Source: an uncultured Acidobacteriaceae bacterium (lineage in GTDB: Bacteria > Acidobacteriota > Terriglobia > Terriglobales > Acidobacteriaceae). From it: a stretch of DNA of 64,000 nucleotides. Of the stretch, positions 58,579 through 64,000 are shown piece by piece. The stretch is taken from positions 615,695 through 679,694 of the forward strand of contig CAVWKZ010000008.1 of NCBI GenBank assembly GCA_963755765.1, written 5' to 3'. Each line of letters opens with the position of its first letter. Positions within the stretch are counted from its first letter, which is position 1. Under the pieces are notes generated by a model. That model was not told where the DNA came from and searched no databases. It saw nothing but the letters and a program-made list of their open reading frames with translations. The translations under genes were made by a program, and so were the position numbers.

Positions 58579-61500
58579 ATGAGCAGCGTTGCCACAGGTT
58601 TGATACTCATCCCCGGGGTCGTGGCCCTGCTGGTGCTCCTCGTCTTCACCTACCTGTACGAGCAGAACCGCCACAGCTATTTTCGCGCCTGGCAACTCGC
58701 CTGGGGAGCATATACGCTCCACTACGCTCTCAAGGCGTTCGAATATTTTCAAGGTCCTTCTCCGATTTTGTTTTTTCTGAGCTCTCTACTGCTGGTGGCG
58801 ATGGCGATTTGCATCTTCGTCTCGACCCGGCTGATGAAGGAACCGTTTCAGCTGAAATGGTATGACGTTGCCCTGACCGTAGTCGCGGTTCTGCTGGCAT
58901 ATGGGAACCTGCGGGCGCAAATGGTGAACGGGAGATTCGTCGAGAGGGCGGATCTTGTACCCAAATATCTAAGGCTGGAACTCGGATTGGCAGCGGTGCT
59001 GCTCTATTGCTCTTTCCATTTTTACCGTTACGCTTTTCGCCGAAATTCCGTCGCCTTTCGCATGCTCGCCTTTTCGCTGGCGCTCTGGGCGGCGCTTATG
59101 GCCGTCGGGCAGCTCCAGCAACCTTTCGTTGAATTCGTTGGCCAGCTCGGGGGGTTCCTGGGGCCGATTCCGCAGATGCTCCTGGCCATCTCCATGGTGA
59201 TGGTGTTATTTGAAAACGAGCGCAATGCGGTGCAGGAAAATGCCTTGGCGTTCTCGACCCTGGGCGTCGATCCGCGTCGCTTGCTATCGGCATCCGACCT
59301 GGTCCCCAGTTTGCAGGCTTTCGTAGACAGATTAGTGGCGCCGTTGCCAAAACGCCGCGCCGTATTTTTTGTTTCCGAGCAGTGGCGAGGTACCTTGCCT
59401 TCGGTGCAAAAGGGCTTTTCGGCGGAGTTCCTTGAAAAGCTGCACAAGACACATGCCGGGGACTACATCGCCGAGCTCGCCTACCGGCGCGGCGGTGTGG
59501 TCACTTTCCGCAGTCTCCCCGAGCTCGAAGAGCCCTTGCCCGCGCTTTCAGGAGGAAAGTTCGAGGCCTGCAAGCAGGCGCTGCTGGCGGAGGGAATCAC
59601 CGACCTCATGGCGGTGAGTCTGCAAACGCGCGAGCACAACTTCGGAGTTCTTCTGTTTCCCCACGCCGAGCGGCGGATGTTCGGCTCTTCGAACTTGCGG
59701 CTGCTCATCGGTCTGTCTCTGCAGATCGCGTTAACCCTCGAAAACTACGTCGTAATGCACGAAGCCCAGCGCCGAACCAAAGAATACGAACTCCTCACCG
59801 AGATCGGGCAGGCCATCAGTTCCCATCTCAACCAGGACGAAGTACTGCGCACAGTGCAGGCAGAACTCGGCCAGATTTTCGACACCACCAATTTCTACAT
59901 CGCCTTCCAGGAAGAAGACGAGATTCACTTCGAGCTGGAAATCGAAGGCGGCGAAGTTCTTCCCAAGCGTTCGCGGAAACTCTGCAATGCACTGACCGAG
60001 TACATCATCCGAACCGGGCAGCCCCTGCTGATCGAATCCGATCTCGAGCAGATGCGATCCAGACTGGGCGTCGATTTCGTGCCGCCGCGTCCGGCCAAAT
60101 CGTTCTGCGCCGCGCCCATTCTGCTGGGCGGACGACCCATGGGCGTGATGGCGGCGCTGAGCACCGATCGGGAATCGCAGTTCCTGCCAAGAGACCTCGA
60201 GGTAATGCAAACCGCTGCCGGCCAACTGGGGGTGGCTGTCGAGAATGCGCGCCTGTTCACCGAAGAGCAGCGCCGCGCCCGGCATCTCGCATTCTTGAAC
60301 AACATTTCAAAACTGGCCATCTCAAGCGAAGACGCCGAGCAGATGATGGCCAATATCGTGCGCGAAATCCAGAAGAACTTCCGCTACGATCACATCGGCA
60401 TCGGCATCATGGACTACGCCACCAAGGACATCGAGATCAAAGCCGAAGCCGGTACGGCATCGCAAACCCTGGGGCGCCGGATCGCGTTGGGCAGCGGAGT
60501 TCTAGGCAAGGTCGCGCGCACCGGAGTGAGCGCTCTGGTGCAAAACGCCGGCCCCGGACAGCTCCCCGGCGTGCTCCCGGAATCGCGCGCCGTCCTCTGC
60601 CTGCCGATCAGCTACGGCGAGTCGCTGCTTGGTGTGCTCAATGTGGAAAGCCGCGACGAAAATGCGTTCGCACCGCAGGATGTTCTCATCCTGAATACGC
60701 TGGCAGATCTTCTGGCGACGGCGCTGCATAACTCTTTCGTCTTCCAAAAGCTGCAACAGCAATCGATCACCGACGGTTTGACCGGCATCAAGACGAGACG
60801 CTTTTTCTGGGAGGCGCTGAGCTCGGAGTGGAAGCGCGCGTCGCGTTCCGGCCGCCCATTCTCGGTAGTGCTGGTCGACTTGGATAAATTCAAAGAGGTC
60901 AACGACACTCTCGGCCACCTGGAAGGCGATCTGGTTCTGGCCCGGGTTGGCCGGCTGCTCGAACAGAAGTGCCGCCAGTCGAACGTCGTTGCCCGCTACG
61001 GCGGAGACGAATTCATCATCCTCATGCCCGAGACCGGCATCGAGCAGTCGCAAGTGCTGGCGGAGAGATTGCGGTTGTGGCTGGCCACCGATCCGATGCT
61101 CGAAGAACACCACATCACCGGCAGTTTCGGCGTTGCCAGTTTCCCGGTTCACGGATTCTCCATGGAGGACCTGATTCGCGTGGCCGACGCCGGCATGTAC
61201 GTGTCTAAGCACGCGGGGGGTAACCAGGTTTCCACTTCCGATGCGTTCGGCGAAAATTCGGCGGTGCAGCGGCAACTGATCTCCGGTTATATCGAAGGCT
61301 TTCTGCAGCGCGAGCATAATGGGCCGGAGCACCTCGAAGAACTGGTCAGCACTCTGCGCAAGCTGTGCGGAAGCGAGGATCCGGCGGACCAGAAGGCGAT
61401 CAAGGAGGCGGTCGAAGCCTTGTCGCACGCGGCCGAATTGAGGCAGCACAACGCCGCCGGACATGGCGAGCAGTGCCGTCACTATGCCAGCGTCATCGCG

Positions 61501-61962
61501 CGCGGGCTGAACCTCCCTGATCAGGAAGTCGAAGACGTCGCCTTCGCCGCACGAGTGCATGACGTAGGCAAACTCTTTATCCCCGAGCGAATCCTCAATA
61601 AGGCGGGCGCACTCAGCGAAGATGAGTTCGTAGTGGTCAAGACCCACCCGCAAGTCGGGGCGGAGGTGGTGCGAGCCATTCCTGCCATCGAGCGCGTAGC
61701 TCACGCTATCGAATGCCATCACGAAGCGTTCGACGGTTCTGGCTATCCTTTTGGATTGAAGGGCGAGAATATACCACTCTATGGGCGCATCGTCGCTGTC
61801 GCCGACGCCTATGTCAACATGACCAGCGATCGTTCTTTCGCCCCTCCCAAGACCGACGAGCAAGCGATGGCGGAACTGGGAAAGCAGAGCGGCACTCGCT
61901 TCGACGGCATGATCGTCCGCCTATTCGCCCGCCTGCTCAAGATGGAAAGAGCCCCCCACTGA
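58579..61962 (+). CDS. Membrane sensor with GAF domains, GGDEF diguanylate cyclase and HD-GYP phosphodiesterase domains
   Basis: About 7 N-terminal TM helices and GAF-like regions. RYGGDEFIILMPE (GGDEF). HDVGKLFIP and HHEAFDGSGYP (HD-GYP). Length 1127 aa. Confidence 0.9.
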   Translation: MSSVATGLILIPGVVALLVLLVFTYLYEQNRHSYFRAWQLAWGAYTLHYALKAFEYFQGPSPILFFLSSLLLVAMAICIFVSTRLMKEPFQLKWYDVALTVVAVLLAYGNLRAQMVNGRFVERADLVPKYLRLELGLAAVLLYCSFHFYRYAFRRNSVAFRMLAFSLALWAALMAVGQLQQPFVEFVGQLGGFLGPIPQMLLAISMVMVLFENERNAVQENALAFSTLGVDPRRLLSASDLVPSLQAFVDRLVAPLPKRRAVFFVSEQWRGTLPSVQKGFSAEFLEKLHKTHAGDYIAELAYRRGGVVTFRSLPELEEPLPALSGGKFEACKQALLAEGITDLMAVSLQTREHNFGVLLFPHAERRMFGSSNLRLLIGLSLQIALTLENYVVMHEAQRRTKEYELLTEIGQAISSHLNQDEVLRTVQAELGQIFDTTNFYIAFQEEDEIHFELEIEGGEVLPKRSRKLCNALTEYIIRTGQPLLIESDLEQMRSRLGVDFVPPRPAKSFCAAPILLGGRPMGVMAALSTDRESQFLPRDLEVMQTAAGQLGVAVENARLFTEEQRRARHLAFLNNISKLAISSEDAEQMMANIVREIQKNFRYDHIGIGIMDYATKDIEIKAEAGTASQTLGRRIALGSGVLGKVARTGVSALVQNAGPGQLPGVLPESRAVLCLPISYGESLLGVLNVESRDENAFAPQDVLILNTLADLLATALHNSFVFQKLQQQSITDGLTGIKTRRFFWEALSSEWKRASRSGRPFSVVLVDLDKFKEVNDTLGHLEGDLVLARVGRLLEQKCRQSNVVARYGGDEFIILMPETGIEQSQVLAERLRLWLATDPMLEEHHITGSFGVASFPVHGFSMEDLIRVADAGMYVSKHAGGNQVSTSDAFGENSAVQRQLISGYIEGFLQREHNGPEHLEELVSTLRKLCGSEDPADQKAIKEAVEALSHAAELRQHNAAGHGEQCRHYASVIARGLNLPDQEVEDVAFAARVHDVGKLFIPERILNKAGALSEDEFVVVKTHPQVGAEVVRAIPAIERVAHAIECHHEAFDGSGYPFGLKGENIPLYGRIVAVADAYVNMTSDRSFAPPKTDEQAMAELGKQSGTRFDGMIVRLFARLLKMERAPH

Positions 61963-61976
61963 GGCGGATCGCGGCT

Positions 61977-62252
61977 CTAGCTCAGCGTTAGCACCAGCTT
62001 TGCGTCTTTAGGCAGGTAGCTCTTGCGGCGAAACCAGTCTTCGATCGCATCCCGCAGCTGATCCAGCGGGACATGCGTTCCGATTTCCAGGCACCCGTCA
62101 GCCACCGGCAGCGTATCGTCAAAAACCGGCGCGTTGGTGAAGTTGCGCATGCTGAAATTGTCCAGCCATTTCAAGGGACAGAGATGGATCTGCCCGTCGT
62201 GCTCGTATTCCACGCGAACTTTGCGGGCGAACATGTCTTGATTTAAGCACAA
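61977..62252 (-). CDS. Hypothetical protein
   Basis: 91-aa ORF (alternative ATG at 62234). No family recognised. Confidence 0.35.
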   Translation of the reverse strand: MCLNQDMFARKVRVEYEHDGQIHLCPLKWLDNFSMRNFTNAPVFDDTLPVADGCLEIGTHVPLDQLRDAIEDWFRRKSYLPKDAKLVLTLS

Positions 62253-62281
62253 GAGCCTGCTTCAGCGCCGACGGGAACGCC

Positions 62282-62770
62282 TCAAGAAACCCAAGTGCCC
62301 ATCGCAAACCGGAGGACCATCAGCAAGACGCTGCCTGTCACGAAAGCGATTCGCGCCCGGCCTCGTCCAAAGAATGAGAGGATGACGCCGATGAACACAA
62401 GGGTGTATCCCCAATGCACCCACGGGCGTACGTACATTGATAGCCAGTGGTGCCAAGGGTGCCGCATCAGCCATTTTATTTGGGACATTTCGAACAAGAA
62501 AACGGGCAGGGAAATTACGAGATAAACCGACGCGATCACCGCTATTAGCGCTCGCCAAGTTGTCTTTGGCGCGTGGTCATTTAGCAACAGGAGCCAGCCG
62601 CCAAGAATGGCCAAAGCCGCTAAGAGCAGTACTGCGGACTTCAAGATGTGTGATTGCGCAATGGTGCTCGGAAGGATCAAAACCGCCACGATCGCGGCGC
62701 AGCCCGCAAGAAACACCGGGCGAACGCGGACTAGACGCGCTTGGCCCTCGACATCGGTCATCGAGTTCAT
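62282..62770 (-). CDS. Hypothetical membrane protein (about 4 TM)
   Basis: 162 aa of hydrophobic helices. The start overlaps the pckG stop (ATGA on the minus strand), suggesting co-transcription. Confidence 0.5.
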   Translation of the reverse strand: MNSMTDVEGQARLVRVRPVFLAGCAAIVAVLILPSTIAQSHILKSAVLLLAALAILGGWLLLLNDHAPKTTWRALIAVIASVYLVISLPVFLFEMSQIKWLMRHPWHHWLSMYVRPWVHWGYTLVFIGVILSFFGRGRARIAFVTGSVLLMVLRFAMGTWVS

Positions 62771-64000
62771 TGCGTCTTCGCCGTCCGCAGCCGCTCTTCG
62801 AGTTCCGCAACTTCGCGGTTTAAAGCCTCCGGAAGATGGCTGCCGAACTTGGCAAAGTATGCCCGGATTAACGGCACTTCAGCGCGCCAGCCCTCCAGGT
62901 TCACGGTGAGTAACCTGGCGACCGCTGCCGCAGAAATATCAAGTCCCTTGATATCCAAGTCCGCGGGGTCGGGAAGTCGGCCAATCGGCGTATCGAGGGC
63001 GTGCACTTTGCTATCGCAGCGCTCGAAAATCCATTTCAGCACCCGGCTGTTCTCACCGTATCCGGGCCAGAGGAATTTGCCATCGTCGCCGGTCCGGAAC
63101 CAGTTTACGTAAAAAATCCTGGGCATTTGCGCACCCGGCCTGGTGCCCATCTTGAGAAAGTGCGCGAAGTAATCGCCCATGTTATAGCCGCAGAACGGGA
63201 GCATGGCCATCGGGTCGCGGCGCAGTTCGCCAACTTTGCCGGCGGCGGCGGCAGTGGTTTCGCTGCTCACGATCGCGCCCAGAAACGTCCCGTGCTGCCA
63301 GCCAAACGACTCGGTCACCAGCGGAACCACGCCAGCCCGGCGGCCACCGAAAAGAATGGCGTCGATCGGCACTCCCTTGGGATCTTCCCACTCCGGAGCA
63401 ATCGCCGGGCACTGACTTGCAGGCACCGTGAAGCGCGAATTGGGATGAGCCGCTTTAGTCGGAGACGCGGGACTCCAGGGACGACGCAACCAGTCGATCA
63501 ATTCGGCGGGCTTTTCGCTGGTCATCTGTTCCCACCATATGTCGCCGCCGGGAGTCATCGCGCAATTAGTGAAGATGGCATTCTTTGTTGCCGTGAGCAT
63601 GGCATTGGGGTTCGACTTCATGCTCGTTCCCGGAGCCACTCCAAAAAATCCGTGCTCGGGATTGATGGCGTAAAGCCGGCCGTCGGCTCCAAATTTCATC
63701 CAGGCGATGTCGTCGCCAATGGTTTCGACTTTCCACCCCGGAATGGTTGGGATCATCATCGAAAGATTCGTCTTGCCGCACGCCGAAGGAAACGCGCCCG
63801 CGATGTACTTGGCTTGGCCCCCGGGGCTGATCATCTTGAGGATGAGCATGTGCTCAGCCATCCAGCCTTCGTCCCGGGCTTGCACCGAAGCGATTCGCAG
63901 TGCATGACACTTCTTGCCGAGTAGCGCGTTGCCACCGTAGCCCGAACCGAACGACCAGATCTCACGCGTCTCCGGAAAGTGGCAGATGTATTTTTCCTGC
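62767..64000 (-). CDS. pckG: Phosphoenolpyruvate carboxykinase (GTP), 5' end off window
   Basis: The frame is open to the window edge. [35 protein letters not shown] and FPSACGKTN are canonical GTP-PEPCK motifs. Confidence 0.95.
   Translation of the reverse strand, partial: QEKYICHFPETREIWSFGSGYGGNALLGKKCHALRIASVQARDEGWMAEHMLILKMISPGGQAKYIAGAFPSACGKTNLSMMIPTIPGWKVETIGDDIAWMKFGADGRLYAINPEHGFFGVAPGTSMKSNPNAMLTATKNAIFTNCAMTPGGDIWWEQMTSEKPAELIDWLRRPWSPASPTKAAHPNSRFTVPASQCPAIAPEWEDPKGVPIDAILFGGRRAGVVPLVTESFGWQHGTFLGAIVSSETTAAAAGKVGELRRDPMAMLPFCGYNMGDYFAHFLKMGTRPGAQMPRIFYVNWFRTGDDGKFLWPGYGENSRVLKWIFERCDSKVHALDTPIGRLPDPADLDIKGLDISAAAVARLLTVNLEGWRAEVPLIRAYFAKFGSHLPEALNREVAELEERLRTAKTQ

Overview
A high-GC bacterial chromosomal segment. 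Gene content and the many low-complexity 'word' hairpin repeats between genes suggest Acidobacteriota; this is an inference, not a search result. About 60 protein genes are supportable. No rRNA, tRNA, CRISPR array, transposase or integrase was seen.

Most genes are housekeeping: leuD 3' end, S9 dipeptidyl peptidase, dus, rpmE, hup, tldD/pmbA, cspA, mnmG, selD, apt, acyP, efp, gyrB, queA, ilvA, an E2 acyltransferase, glnS, gltX and pckG (5' end lies off the window).

Main observations:
1. Two genes are split in the ORF track by an in-frame UGA at a catalytic Cys position, so they are candidate selenoproteins. One is selD itself (UGA at 21041-21043). The other is a Bcp/PrxQ-type peroxiredoxin (UGA at 14036-14038). 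Each has a hairpin just downstream of the UGA.
2. A roughly 555-aa protein with a PD-(D/E)xK-like C-terminus (8606-10281) is frameshifted inside three tandem copies of an 8-nt unit. Removing one copy restores the frame.
3. A roughly 37-codon in-frame insertion in mnmG is built from the same repeat words that form intergenic hairpins.
4. A cobalamin riboswitch lies upstream of a TonB-dependent receptor.
5. An accessory-looking block spans about 43.9-53.4 kb. It contains a small-protein / zinc-ribbon / sigma-70 region-4-like module behind an AT-rich promoter region, a CX5R phosphatase, a tail-fibre-like secreted protein and very large Cys-rich secreted proteins. It also contains an orphan lysis-type cassette: M15 peptidase, a holin-like protein, a membrane-anchored helical protein and a lipoprotein. 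No phage structural or integration genes are visible.

All calls rest on reading the translations and the DNA by eye. No searches or structure predictions were run.
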